64,000 nucleotides of DNA from Chrysemys picta bellii. Taxonomy: Eukaryota. Of the stretch, positions 47,811 through 61,999 are shown piece by piece. The stretch covers positions 90,830,001 to 90,894,000 of the forward strand of contig NC_088797.1 of assembly GCF_011386835.1 (NCBI RefSeq), written 5' to 3'. Under the pieces are notes generated by a model that was not told the DNA's origin, made no database searches, and worked only from the letters and a program-made list of their open reading frames with translations. Positions within the stretch are counted from its first letter, which is position 1. Each line of letters opens with the position of its first letter. The position numbers were made by a program, and so were the translations under genes.

Positions 47811-50179
47811 CAGTAGATCAAGCTTTAGCCAATGGAAAAATGTCATTTTATTTATAGAAATTTGGCTGGTGTCTGGTGCATTTAAAAATGTAAAAATATT
47901 TTGCTTTTTAGTACATAACAATAAAAAAAGAATTCTTGCGTTATACTAGGGACAGACCAACCAGTTACGGAAATATGTGTCCACTTAATCTTGCCCATTT
48001 GCAGAACCAAACTCAGTAAGGTTTGTAAGGTCCTGAAATGTTCATTAAAACTATTCCCCTGGCCCTATTTCTTTTGCTAATATTAAGTTTCCAAATGTAA
48101 CACATTCCTGTCCATTATCATGCCATTGTGCCCAAGTCCAGTCTAAGGGCTTGGAAAACATTTACCAAAAAGATTCTTTGGGATACTTCTCAGTATATAC
48201 GCATTATACATAACATACCTGTGTGTGGCGGGGGGGGACAATTGGGCATCTTTAGTTTTCCCCTTTTATGTGGCCCGTTGCAGAAATGGATCAAGCAGAG
48301 ACTTTCCCCTTTCAATGCTAGTTATTGGTCTTTGTCAGTTCACATTTTCAAGACTAGAAGTCCATTCTTCCTTAAAATGGAAGCTGAGATTCTCCTTTGT
48401 TTCTTGCTCCCACTAATCAACAAGGCTTATGTGCATTTGTCAAGACCCAAAATCTAGCTCTGCACCCATGGTATTTTTGACACAACTGGAAGAGGGAGGG
48501 CCTGAAATTTCACCAGAAATTAATTTCCAACCCAGTTTTGCTCGCTTAAGAGGTTCTAACCTTTAGATAGCTTTCCAAACTGAATGCTAAGTTTTTAAGT
48601 TGCCTCCCTACTCTATTCCCAATGTGTAAAACTGATAGCAGGATCAATCTTGGGACTCTGTGAGCCGCTAATTAGCATTCAAAGTACTGGTGACACTTTT
48701 CTGTAGTCAAAGTATGTTTGATTTCTATATGTAGCAGCAGAAGGATAAAGACGCTTAAATGTATGTTAAGAGGGTGCTTTTTATCTCAGTAGTACCAGTG
48801 TGCCAAGTAACATGAAGATAGGCTTTTTAAGCTAAATTAAACACTTTAACAAATAACTTGTAACATCACAAAGCACAAACTGGCCAGATTCACTCCTATA
48901 CTCTGGCTACTTTGTGTTGCTCCAGTGACACAAGACAGCCATACATAGCTAGCTAAACCAGGTTAATGACTGTTTTGCTGCCGAAATTGTGTAAAGCAGT
49001 CAAAGCAGAAAAATGGAACTGGTATACTACTTTCTTTTAACTGTAATAGCCAGGAAAGGGCTTTTGTTTTATGGCTAGATGATCTCTGTGCATTTGCTTC
49101 AAGCATTTGATGGTCTGATATTTCTGTATTTACTCTTTATTCTCAATATAATTTAGAAATAATTCCCATATTTCACTGAAATCTTTTTTTTTTAATTATT
49201 GATATTATGTATAGATGAATGAATCCCCTTAATAGGAATGTCCTGTTGTCTTTCATCCTAATTAATTAGGATTCCTAGCTAACAGATATTTCAGTACTAA
49301 TTTCAGTACTGCTGTCTGGGCAGCTGCAGGAAGATGGTCACTGGACATCACTATGGTGTTGGGAGGTAGCATGTCCTCCTCTGGGGTACAGACTGTGTCT
49401 TCTCAATGTCAGAAGCAGGTATAAGATGCCCCATTGTAGTGTCTCCGCATGTATATTTGGCGGAGAAGCAACACATTGGTAGCCGGAAACAGTATCCCTA
49501 GAAGTCCTGTAACTTATTCCTTTTTAAATCTGTTACTTATCAGAGCAGCTGAATTCCAGGTCTTTTTCCATATATGTTTTAGGTCAAGAAGTACTGCATG
49601 ACATCATCTAAGATAGAACTGTATATCCCTGAAGCCTGGTGAACTTTCTGAATTTTTCTAACCATTCATTAATAAGTGCTTGCATTCTTCTTCTTTGACA
49701 AGATTTTTTTGTATCTATTGGCGGTATTCATAATTACTGCTGAATTCATTCTCTGCCCAAAGAGTTGCTTGTCAAGTAACTGAGAGTTTTATAATTCCTT
49801 TCTCTATCCAGCTTGCTTCCTCCCTTTTCCTTTCAATGAAGTCTGGGCTAAATTGGATGTCCTTTCCCCACACCAACATGAGAATTTGCTAGCATCTCTC
49901 ACTTTCAAAACATTAAGTCAATCTATGGCACTGCACAGGTGGGTGGCTCTCCTAATTGCCACCTGCTGATAGTGTTCTCATGCCCTGTTTTTATAACCTG
50001 TGCCTCTCTGCCCTGTTCATTTGAGGTGAATACCTGGAAAGAAATTCTGTGGTCCCAGGAGTGCTGCTGAGTCACTGGGCATCCAGCCTGCCTTCCCTTC
50101 CTCCATCCAGTAGCAGCAGGAGGTGGACTTATAAACAGTCCTGTCCTGTGCCATGACTTCCCCCAGTAATAGTCAGACG

Positions 50180-50663
50180 TAGGGCCCTACCAAATTCATG
50201 GCTGTGAAAAATGCCTCATGGACCATGAAATCTGGTCTCCCCTGGGAAATCTGGTCTTTTGTATACTTTTACCCTGTACCATACCGATTTCATAGGAGAG
50301 ACCAGCATTTCTCAAACTGGGGTCCTGGAGGAGGGGTTGCAAGGTTATTGTAGGTTGGGGGTGGGGTCACAGTATTGCCACCCTTACTTCTGTGCTACTG
50401 TCTTCAGAGCTGGGCGGCCAGGAAGTGGCAGCTGCTAGCCAAGCGCCCAGCTGTGAAGGCTGTGCAGAAGTAAGGGTGGCAATACCACGACCCCCCTACA
50501 ATAAACTTTTGGACCCCCACAACCTCCTTTTGAGTCAGGACCCCTACAGTTACAACACTCTGAAATTTCAGATTTAAATATCTGAAATCATGAAATTTAC
50601 TATTTTAAAAATCCTATGACTGTGAAATTGACCAAAATGGACTGTGAATTTGGTAAGGCACTA
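50180..50663. mobile_element. hAT-type MITE with an internal hairpin
   Basis: TIRs TAGGGCCCTACCAAATTCA...TGAATTTGGTAAGGCACTA, TSD GTCAGACG/GTCATAGG (6/8 match), and internal inverted arms GTATTGCCACCCTTACTTCTG/CAGAAGTAAGGGTGGCAATAC. Confidence 0.82.
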
Positions 50664-53506
50664 GTCATAGGGCTGTTGCATAGTATTGAACTCCCCAGTT
50701 CCTAGCACTGATTCAGAGCAGTAAGAAAATATCCATGCATAGTTCCAAACTTGTTTATGTCAAGTAATACTGTGCCAAACTCTGAAACTTGGCCACCTCA
50801 TTATTTGGTAACCCTAATCCCCCTAAAAAGGTACTGAGAGGAAAAACAAATTGGGGTTTGCTGTTGACTAAAGGGACAAATTTTACCACCTTTTAAGTGG
50901 GCCCATTGATTGGCTGTTAGTAAATAGCAACCCCTAACATTTTCTTTAGGTGCCAGTTTTTGGGTTACCAAATAATGAACTGATTATTTTCTCCAGTATA
51001 GTAGAATCTAGTGATTAGCATATATGTCTTCTTTCTGCAGTATTGGTAAAACCTGGTGCATTCTAATATTTAATTTCTGTCAGAAACTAATCCAGCAGTT
51101 TGACTAAAAATTACAGTGCCCATGTGCTTTCATTGTTTGAATGAATATTTGCCAAGTAGTGTTGAGATGCTATTAAGTAACGGACACTAGTCAGTATCAA
51201 AAAGAATCTGTGCCTTTGCACAGAGCACTGGCAAATATAAACTCACATCTCTTGACATTAAATCCTGGATTAGCAAAAAGGCCATGCAATGTAAATGCAG
51301 GAAGGAAAATAAATGTTAAGTCATTTTCATAAAGGGGTTCCTTAATGGGTAATATGTAGCATCTAAGCATTATTTCTTGTGGGAACTGAATTGTTCTGAA
51401 TGGGATTAGGAGAGTAAAAGGCTATTCTAGTGACACACACTGTCAAAAAAAGAAGACACTACTTCTAATACTCCTATCATTGCTTTTCTAACAGGAGTGG
51501 TTTCTATTGGGATAATTTATGTAAATTCCTGTATCTGGTTGTTTGTGGCAACCACTATAAAAGTAAGGGTAGAGCAGGATTATACTTATTGGCATATTTA
51601 GTTATTTATAATCTCTTCCCTCATGTTTCTCTGTAAGCTCTTCAGACTGTATCCTATACATTTTCATAGCAACACATGAAGTTTTAGCTGCACAATTAAG
51701 GGAGTAGTGCTGTCCACATCACAGAAGCTACCTTAATGCTCCTGCTGGCATTCCCAGCAATGTCACCAATGACTGACGAGGCAAGGAGACTAAAATACTC
51801 TTTCGCTTATAGACAAAGCCCCTCTAAAATTTGATTTAGTCATATTGGCAGTGTTATGTGTGAAAAGTCTCACTGACTGTGCTCCACTTGGGTAACCAGA
51901 ATAACTTGTTTACATACGTTGTTCATATGGCACCTTTTAAGACTCAATACTGTGATTCTTACAGTGTCAGGAACTTAGATGTGCAGTCCCATTGAAATCA
52001 GTGGGACTAAGTGCTCATCAGGATGAATAGGGCTGTAAATTCTCTTTGCTAGGATGACAAATTTAAAGTTTAATTGTTACTATTTTTAACATGAAGCACA
52101 TTCTGAAGTTGTCTCAGATATGCTATGAAGTGCCTGGCTTCCTGGACTGTCCAGGATAGTTCCACAAACAAGCATATCTTCCTGAATCCTTGGAGCTCTG
52201 CTCACTGTGGTGCAGGACCTACAACTCCTCTAATCAGTAGGAAACTCATGAACAGAGTGGAGTATAGTGTGGCCTCTCCCCTGACAATTAGATAGATAAA
52301 GCTCTTGTATGAGCAGCACCTTGCTCCCTGTTCTCTCATGTACTTCAGGAGAGAGAGTCACTGACTATTGGTCTTGTGGCTTAGGAATGTAGGGATCAGG
52401 CTCTGTGATGTTCTCTAGAATAATCCAAAATCATACTGACCTAAAAAGGCCAGTAGTCAACCCTGGGCCAATTGTAGATATATGGTCCAATATCTTGCAG
52501 GCAGAGATAGATGAGAAAGTCCAAGCTTTCCAAATCCTATTTTCCTAAGACTTTATATCACAAATGATTTGAGCCACGCAGTTAGATCCATTATGTGGAT
52601 AGAAAGATTTAGTGAGTTTGGTTGCGCCGTCAAATGTCCATAGTTGCTGCCTCATGGAATACTTGGTAAATGACATTTAAGTTTGCTTCCACACATCTGA
52701 CAAAGACAGCAGTTTTTATTTCATTTTGGTCAGAAACAAAAGAATGATACTTAAACTCTATCTAGTGGACAAAGCTGCAAACCATTATTTTGAGACAGGA
52801 AAAAAACTGTTATCATTTCACCACTCTTTGGGGCTTGATGGAAAAGTATAAAGGCATGCATTTCAGGAAAGTATGTTTTAAAGGTTTATTTTTTAACCCT
52901 TTTAAACGATCCAATATCTGCTCCAAGGGTTGACATGACATGATACTTGAAAGATGTTCCATTATCTATTTTATATAAAGGTAATCCATACTGTTTTCTC
53001 TATAAATAGCAGCAGTTAAAGTGCAACAGATGGGTCATTGACCTGAGTGTGTGTTCAGAGATTATGGGTTATTTTGAATACTGGATCCAATAAATAGGTC
53101 TGGCTGTTGTAATGAATTCAAGGGGAGAGTTTCAAAGTCAGCAAAGAGTAAGATGCCCAGTTTCTATTGACTTACAATGAATGAGGGCTGGACTTCAAAT
53201 TGCCCTCAGTATCTTAAGAACATCAATCCATGAATCTCTAATCCAAGTTTTCCAAGATAAAGAAGTTTTGGTGAATGGCGTTCTGGTACACAGAAATGAG
53301 TAAGTTTGGGGCCTGTTCTTATAAGCCTAACCTGCAGTATGCCACAGATGACAATGTGACAGCCATACATGGAAGGTTTGCAGGATTCAGTCCTTGGTGA
53401 GGATGTCGTATTTTTTGAAAATGTTTCTGATGAGTTTTAGTTGTTGTTTCTTGAGTTCACATTAATAATGTAATATGCTAACATAATTGTCAGTATTATA
53501 AAGAGT

Positions 53507-53598
53507 ATGCTCTAATAAATTTGTTAGTCTCTAAGGTGCCACAAGTCCTCCTGTTCTTCTTTTTGCGGATACAGACTAACACGGCTGCTACTCTGAAA
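53507..53598 (+). mobile_element. Penelope-type 3' terminal fragment
   Basis: ATGCTCTAATAAATTTGTTAGTCTCTAAGGTGCCACAAG...CAGACTAACACGGCTGCTACTCTGAAA aligns with 23567-23610 and 22863-22950. Confidence 0.85.
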
Positions 53599-53939
53599 TG
53601 TAACAAGGTTGTAAATTTTTAGGTACTGTCAAAGGGATTCATCTCTGCACCTCCCAGTGCATTGGTGCAGAATTGCCAGGGTATAATAATGCCCCGGCTG
53701 CTCTCCTTCTGTCTTTGGCCTGCCCTGAACACATCCTCTGCCAAGACCTTCTACTTTAGAGGAGGTGGAAGTGGATGCAGAGGTGTCTCTACAGATCCCC
53801 CAGAGAGCTTCTTGAGCTCAGGGGATTTCATGTGGGACTGCAGAGCAACAATGAATCAGTCCATATATGCTTTTTGAGATTCGTGCATATCCTGGTTTCA
53901 CCCAGCCTGTGCTTCCCCCATTGTATTTAAATTGCACAC

Positions 53940-54082
53940 ATCACCTTAGGAGATGCATGAACTGCAGTCCCAGAGTGTGAATGCAGCTTGAGTAGACATA
54001 GCTGAGCCAGCTTGAATCTAGCTAGTTCAGGTATGTCTACTCAAGCTGTAGTTGCACCCCATGATTGCAGTATAGACATACC
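53940..54082. mobile_element. Harbinger-type MITE fragment
   Basis: Ends AGTATAGACATACC, with internal GTAGACATA / TATGTCTAC inverted motifs. Confidence 0.45.
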
Positions 54083-57000
54083 TTTAGCATTTAAACATAT
54101 TGCCTCTTTCTCTTTGTTTTGGGGGGGAAAGTGTTGGGGGCAGGGGATTCATTGAACATATCTAAGAGATTGTGGGTTAACCATAGTTCACTTTCACTCA
54201 GAACATATTGTCTACTAAATAGTCAGTTTGTGGGTTAGGAAGTTTGAATTTTAGTAGCTAGCCCTCACAGAGTGTTCTGATGACATATTGTTGAAGGTTT
54301 TACAGAAGCAATATATCCGTGTGGGAGTTAACAATCTGCTGCTCAAAACAGAACTTTCCATATGCAAGTGACAGCTAAAATGTCAGACATTTTTCTATTA
54401 AAATACACATTATGCAATATAGACAGTTGAGAGACAGTGTCTGAATGTGTGGAGAATGGGAAAGAAGTGAGTGGTTGCCTGTTAAGCTATGGCCAAACAG
54501 GGAGCACATTCTTTGCCTGTAAAAGCAGTTGCCAGTGCAAGCATGAACAAAACATTTTGTCTGCCAACATGCATCAGGCTGCTTTTTCCTTTCATGCCAG
54601 ATGCCTGTGACTGGGACAGCATGTGAATGTCACTTTGATGCACACAAAGAATAATAAGATTTATTTTTGGTTAAGCTGATGACTGGCACAAATTTCTATT
54701 TTCTGTGAGAAGTCTGCCAGAAAAAAAATAAGACAGCTGTGCAGGGAAGTGTGCACCTGTAGCATAGAGACACAAGTAAGATGAAAATAAATTGTTTCTA
54801 TTTAAAACTTATTGGAAAATACCTTTTTTTGAACAGCTAACTTCTGTAAATCATACTATGTAATATTATGTAATATAGAATATTATCCTTTGGAAAGTAC
54901 GTTATGTTCTGTCTGGTACTAGCCCACCTCTGTTCTACAGTCGGAGGGTAATAGTCTCCCTCATTTTTGGTAAGAGTGGCTGTGATGGGATGTCACTAAA
55001 GTGGGAGCAAGTACAGTAGTATTTTAAAATTGCACCATCAAGCCAGTCTCTTAAGGCCCTAGTCTACGTGTTTTTTGTTAAAGGCTAGTTGGGGTTCTAG
55101 ACTGGATACAAGCATGTTGAAGATGGGAATTACAGAATGAAACACTCCATCCCTGCATGGTGTTTGTTCTTAAATGTTCACCAGTGGCATCCAACTTGCT
55201 ACTTCCAAGAGTCTCCTCTGCCACTGATTATTCCTCCACTATCTATACCTCAGAGGCTACAACTTTGAATTACTTGTGCCAACACAGCACCATCTCACTG
55301 AAAATGTAGACACAAATATTCTATACAATTACTCATTCCTTTCATTGACAACGATGCACTTCATACGCAGGTTCTGTAAATTCTTGCAGAATAGAGACTC
55401 AGACAGAAGGCTAAACAATACATGTGTCGATGAAAATATTTTTTTTGTTGCAAAATGCCAATTTGTCAAAATCTAAACTTTTCACTGAAAAGTATCTGTT
55501 TCTATGAATTTTTGTCAGGATGTTTTCTCAGATCCGAAATGGAATTTCTGGTCAAAACAAGAGAACAAGAAAGACTTGCGTTTCCCACATCCCAACCAAA
55601 TGTCTTAACCAGTGGGATATACCATCAGTTCTTTGGTTTTATTTGCAAATATTTTCTAAAGGGCTTGGTTTTGCTCCACATTGAAACAAAAACAAATTTT
55701 GAAACCTTAACATATTTTTTTTGCAAAACAGAAATTTTGTTTTCCAGCCAGCCTAACCAATGCTAGATTTTTTTTCTCCTGCATCTCTCTACAGTCTCTC
55801 CTCCACCCTTTCCTTGCCCACTTGTCTTACTTTATCTTTTTTACATCTTCTAGCACCACCTGATTTATACCTGCCAAGATTCTCTGCTTAAAAAAACCCC
55901 AGTGAACTGTAAATTTGCATCAAAAGGATTTATGTAAGCATATGAACAATCACCATTGCTGATGCAAAATTTCCATGTGGTGTAGTGGAGTTTTGTCTAA
56001 ATAAAATGTTATTTCATTCCAGTATTCTTTTTTGACTTGCACCAACAGCTACCACAATAAGTTTGTACTACACAAAAGATTCATGGGTCTGGGACTAAAG
56101 TTTTCACATAGCAACAACTCCAAAGCAAACAGCTAATTTTTTTGTCGCTCTTTCAAGAATTGGGGCTTGCAGTGTTGCTATTGATGATAGGGGTGGGGGT
56201 GGTGCTCATCATATGACCTTGGAAAGTGATTAAAAATTACTAAGTGACAGTTATTTCCTCAGACTTGAATGCATTCTCTGCTGAGTGCATCCTGATAGTT
56301 TATCTGGCAGAGTTGAGGCTATTGAGAGCTACTGATCCAGTCAGATTCTGGCACCATCAGTAAGCTTTTTGCTGTGGGAAAGGTTGCATAGTATTACCTG
56401 GGAGCTCATCCAGATCTGGATCCCATCGGAAAGAATTGCCTCATCACGCTACTCAAGACCTGGACTGGGAGAAGATTGCATGCTTAGCTTCTTAGAAATT
56501 CGGCCTGCAACAAATCAACTTTGATTATGGCTTAAACGATAAAGCTTTTTGTATGATTAGTTACATCTTTTGCTCTTTAGAATCAGAGTGCCAAAAGTTA
56601 GCATCGGGTATATAATAGGAAGGCTGTGTCACATGAACAAAGTGTCCCCAATTCTGTGTTCAGTTATACTGGTGAAGATCTAGGATAACCTGAGAGAACT
56701 GTCTGCCTTTAAATCATTCTAAGCTTCCTTTATAAGGGGGTGGTTAGTTTGAGTCGTAGCTTTGCTTGGAATGCTGGGTTGCCACAAGCCCATTTTATTG
56801 TTGCCAGCAGAACTAATACAGTGGCAGGTTCTGCCACCCTTGTTTTACCCAGATCCTCAAAGGTCCACCTCTAAGTCCACCATTTTGGTGCCACCGACCT
56901 TTTCAAAATTGCCATTCAGCTGCTGCCAAACCTGCCATTCACAAATCTACCAAAGCCCTGGTATCACCCCACAGCTGATGTGCAGATTGGAAACTTAGCT

Positions 57001-58932
57001 CAAACCAAATCACAGTGTCCACACACAAGACAGCTGTGAGCACAGGGAAACATAGGGTGAGTGTGATAGAGGGAGAGTGAGATGGTTTCATCTGCTAGGG
57101 GTTGGGCTACTTAAGTGGCTAACCTGGCTCCAAGGGAGAATTTGTGGCTGAGGATCCTCAGCAGCTGGAGGTGCCTATCTCTGGCCTGTCAGGCAGGCAC
57201 AACAGGTCACCAGGTGGGTGCCAAAGCATCTCTTCTCTCCCTGCCCCTCTTTTTGGTATTGTAGTCCTGGATATCTTAAGGAGGTTGTTAGCTTCTGAAG
57301 ATCCCTTTCTTAGTCACCTAGCCTCATGCTTTGTGGGAGACTGAGGATTCCACGAGACAGCAAAGTGCCTAGGGGTTCTGAGCAGATCAAGGCCTATGTA
57401 CTGTTCTGAGGAGCCAGGGCTTAGGCCACAGTCAATAGGACAACCCATACAGTAAGATGGTATTTGGTGTGAGCAAAGGTGGCAGAATCTGGCCCACAGA
57501 GACTAGCAAATTGATCAGGAAAGCTAACCACACCTATTAAAAACATATAGCTAGCTGTTGAGGCTTCACTCACATGCCTTTTAAATAACAGTTTAGAGAA
57601 AATGCCTGGAAGAAGGGATTAGCATTTGCATTGGGGCTGCTGGGACATTGTTTGGTGGTGATTGTTTTTTTTGTTTTTTTTTTTTAAGTAAGGCAAACAA
57701 AACAATACAAAAAAGTACATGTCACATTAAAATGTATTTTCATTTCATTCTACGAGCCATTTGTAGCTGTTAATGTACCTCTGCCAGATGAACAATTTAT
57801 TTAATATGGCAGATCTACTGCCTCAGGCTGTATAGTGCATATTCCATTAAGGAGCTCTCAATCAACAGGCCTGGAGCTACAGCAGAACACTGATGGGTAC
57901 TTTCAAATCAAGAGTGCCCTCATTGTGTAAATATGTAGCTAAGATGAGATAAAATGATCTCCTAACACTCTGACCTATAGTCACCCTTGGGAGAAAGTAT
58001 ACAAGAAAAGACTTTTAAAATTTAAATAATCCTTCCTGTTTAGATTTCTTCCTAATTACATAGACTCTCTAAAATATCACATTTTGATTATATCAAATCA
58101 ATTAGTTGCCACTCACTTTAGATATAGCTACAGAAATGTTTAGTTACTAGCCCCAGCAATAAATCTTCATTAATTTTCAAATGTTGCATTTAATCTTCAT
58201 TGCAAGAATGTAGTGATAGATAAAACATACAATTCCTTATGAACGTAGACACGTTTTTTTAGTATAATAATCCATGGCTATGTACAATAAATACACAAAC
58301 ATGAATGAAAACTACAGCAGTCAACTAAATGAAAACATCAGGAAGGGAAAATAGAATTTGATCTTTCTGCCAAAAAATTAAAATAAAATAAAATCAAGCT
58401 TCCAACACATGAGCAAAAAGGAGAATATTTTGGTCAGCTTTTTATAAAGAATAAGGGTGTTGAGCCAATTTTTTTCATGTCAGCCACTTGATTATTCATT
58501 AGAAACTGATCAATCATTTAGTAGATTGGATTTCCCACAGTAGTGTGCAATGGCACATACATGCAAAGCCAACACCAGCCATTTAATAGATGACTGAGTT
58601 TATAGGACAGTTTAACATCCATATGCACAATGTGGGTTTATCCAAGAAGACCATCAAGGAGGAACATTTATAGTTTTTTTTTTTTTTTCAAAATACTTTA
58701 ACCATATAGCTAACATGGGTTTATATAAACACTTATATTTAAATTTTAAACTATGTTCTTTAAATAGGTACATCTTGTAATAAATAATAGCTCTAATGAG
58801 GCAGAGTGGTGCTGGTGACATGCTCTGTCCAAGTTATAGTATCAGTTGGCATTATCCTTTCGTAAGGGAAACTTAACAAAGTAACGGTCCCCTTAAGGGT
58901 AGTAAGGATTAGTTGTTTGTTAATGGCACTTC

Positions 58933-59648
58933 TGTGGTGTGTCCCTTTAAGTCCCAGGACTTATAGAGTGGATGAAGACCTAGCAAAGGCAAAGAAGAGA
59001 AAGAAGGATGGTTCCAAGAGAATAGCTAAGGCTAGGGGAAAACCTAGACTAGTGTTTCTTTAAGGACCTGGAACCAGGACCCTTGTAGAATAGGTGGGCA
59101 GTGCTCCCCTCTCTCTCCCACAGCCAATCGGGACAAATTCTGGGAGGAACGCTGTATATATCGTCTCTGCCCTTAGAACAAGAGAGCCACCTTCAGGAGA
59201 AGGTCTGCTTGCTGAACTCACCTAGGCTGAGGGTGAAAGGGGCATGGGGAAAAGGACCAGCTCGAGGGGAAGCTGACTAAGACTCTAGAGGTGGCCCAAA
59301 TTACAACTCCAAGGAAGAGAGACAGGGGCTTCTGTCTTAAAGAGAAATCCTGAAGTACAGCCAGCTCTGGAAGGAGGGCTGGGGTCTCCTCAATAGGAAA
59401 AGGAAACAGATCTGGACCCTCTTACATGGACTCAGAATGGGTATGAACTTGAGCAGCTAAAAAAGAGAGTTACCCTTTGTAGTAACCAGATCCTACACAG
59501 GGTCTGAACCAATGTTTGAACTAATCTGGTCTGCATGACTGAAAGAACTGAGGAAGAGTACTGCAGAGCCACCCGTGGCCAGCAGGGGGCACTGCAGGGC
59601 AAGCAAAGACTTTTAACCCAGGCACCAGAGACAAGATCATTTGCTACA
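58933..59648 (+). mobile_element. Probable solo LTR (Gypsy-type)
   Basis: TG...CA ends, 4-bp flanks CTTC/CTTT, and a CAGGGGGCA motif shared with 2093-2695. Confidence 0.5.
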
Positions 59649-59776
59649 CTTTTTGAAAAGGTAAAGACTGCATTTTTCTGCCTGCACTGTCTGATGCAGT
59701 GGGGTGAAGAGACCATAGCCACAGCCCTCCTTGACTATGGAGGATCATTCTTGTTCTATGTATTTTTCCATTTTAG

Positions 59777-60590
59777 GTTGCAAATGTGAGGAGAACAACG
59801 TCTTCTTTAAATAAGAATAATACATTATATCGGCATCGGAAACCATCAACACTGTTCCTCTGAGGATGTCTGGAGAATGTGCAATGTAACTGGCTAAATC
59901 AGAAATGATTCCACCAATGACAGAGCTACTTCTAAACAATGGTAAACAGGAAGGTTGGTTCCTTAAGTAGAAGGACGACTTGGGAGGAAGATCATTCCTT
60001 TTGAGATACCTTTTGGGGACCAGACATAGAATCAAGGTGCCACTCACCTACCAGCGGTTGGTTCACAGACAGTGATGCCGATCTCTTTGTTCTTTTAGTG
60101 GTTAATTTATATTCTTCCTCTAACACTGTTGGGTTCCTTGGCAAGCCTCCATGATATTCATAACAACAAATCTATCACTTGACAGTGAGGCACATACCTC
60201 TACTAGGAAGGCTGTGCATCAACCACCCATCTGTCAACTGCCATCAGGTCCACCCTGTTGAACATAAGATGCCAGGGAAGCACCATAGGCATTTTTGGAT
60301 TAATAATAGCATGTGTTCAACAACAGTTCAGTCACACATTACATAGGGGGCACACATTCAGTAACTATGTTTTTACACCTGTTTGGTATCCTATGTACAA
60401 AAGTTCATCTACAGCTCTCTCAAGTATGCTGGATATTCTATAGATCAAGTGAAAACAATCCCAGATGCAAGGAGCTTTCATCTTAGATACGATGCAATGA
60501 ATGATCATAACTAACAGTAGTTAACAGTAATAAAATCTGTGGATACACAGTTGTGATGTGCACACATCTCGCTGGCTGTATTAAAATAAA
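59777..60590 (+). other. Candidate terminal exon with 3' UTR
   Basis: Acceptor tatttttccattttAG|G. Short codings are VANVRRTTSSLNKNNTLYRHRKPSTLFL* (phase 0) or CKCEENNVFFK* (phase 1). Unique sequence retaining some CpGs, with AATAAA at 60529 and 60585. Confidence 0.25.
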
Positions 60591-61999
60591 GATTAATTTG
60601 GTGGTCTACATCAATTCACTTCTTGTAGACAAGTGAGTTATAGTGAAGATTTAAATGGGAAGATTGAGGGTTCAACAGGCTTTGGGAGGGTGATCCATGT
60701 GTAGGATGCAAAATGGACAAACACAAAGATGGAAGTGGGAGAAGAAATTGAGGAGGGCATCAAGGCTTGCATTATTGACAGATGGACATGGGGGAAATAT
60801 ATCTCTGAGCATGTGTCCTATCACAGTTCGTATTTATGTACAGGCGTCTGGTTTTGTTTATGGCCTTCAGGGTGAGAACAAGAAACTTGTATGAGGCTTG
60901 TGGGCATAAATGCAGGAAAACTTTTAGGGCAGCGGGTTAAATGCTCTTTTGTTAGTCAAGCTCCAGCAGGCTGCTCCATTCTAACAGCTCAAGTTCTATC
61001 CCAACCTTCAGTGGTGCTGGTGGTGTTACCTTTTTCAGGGGCCTTAAATACACACATCATTGTAACCCTTTCTGAGTATTCTGCAGACTTACCATGGGCT
61101 AATAAACTTCTATATTTGTATAATATATTTTTACAGTACTCATACCAAAAGTACTGTCACTATTGTACTTCTGCAGAACTTCATTAGGTCATTATTGGCT
61201 TTTTTTTTTTAATTTTGCAAAACTATGGTTACATTCAAAAAGAGTAGTTGTCCTCTTTTATTTGAAATGGTGCTAAGGATGACTGCTGTGGTTTAGTCTT
61301 TTTACCAACAACAGTCTTCCTGCCTCTCTTGTGTGGTTTGTTTTTGTTTGTTTTCCTCAGTAAGCAACTTGCTTGTTTTCCTGCCTTTCAATGATTCAAA
61401 ATAGAAAGAAGGATGTATTTGTTTTTACTAGTTCTGCCTTTTCTCTGTTTTACTGTCAGTAGTGTTCTTTGTTTTCCTCTGTTATATCAACTATTGGGAC
61501 ATTGCTAACACTTTGTGTCTGCATATTTTAACACTTTTTACTCCTTTTTTGGAAGACTATCAGTTTTTATTCTACCTTCTGACATTTGTTCAAGCATTTC
61601 TTTTTCATTCTGCAGCCACTGTCTTGATCTGCTTTGCCACAACCTTCTTCTCTTTGCCATAGTTTCTTCTTTGCAGCATTGCTGTTGGTGCTGCCTTTCA
61701 CACAAACATATTCCAGATAATGCTACTTTTTTAGTCAAGCTCAGCTTTCAAGCCAGTGTAGTTCTGACGGGCTCTAAGCTGTATTGATGTATTTATTTTT
61801 TTCTGATCCAGTATCCTCCTCTCCTATTACCATCATCTCTCTACTGTGACATTCACACATTTTGCTGCATGTCTCTTGTCCATAGAAGTTGGATTCAATT
61901 TTTTTCTCCTTTCTTGGAAATGAATTCTGTTTAGGATAGACTGTATCCCATGGCATGGTCTTATTTCCTCTGACATTCCTCTTCAAATGCTGGGCAAAT

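Noticed and set aside
47031-47921. Cluster of long overlapping ORFs (up to 296 aa) on both strands
   Set aside because: They lie within a GC-rich non-autonomous hAT element bounded by TIRs and a TSD. The Pro/Gly-rich low-complexity translations reflect few stop codons, not a gene.
55380-55765. AT-rich stretch with a reverse tRNA-like segment near 55575-55620
   Set aside because: Probably a repeat relic, but no TIRs, TSD or complete A/B boxes could be shown.
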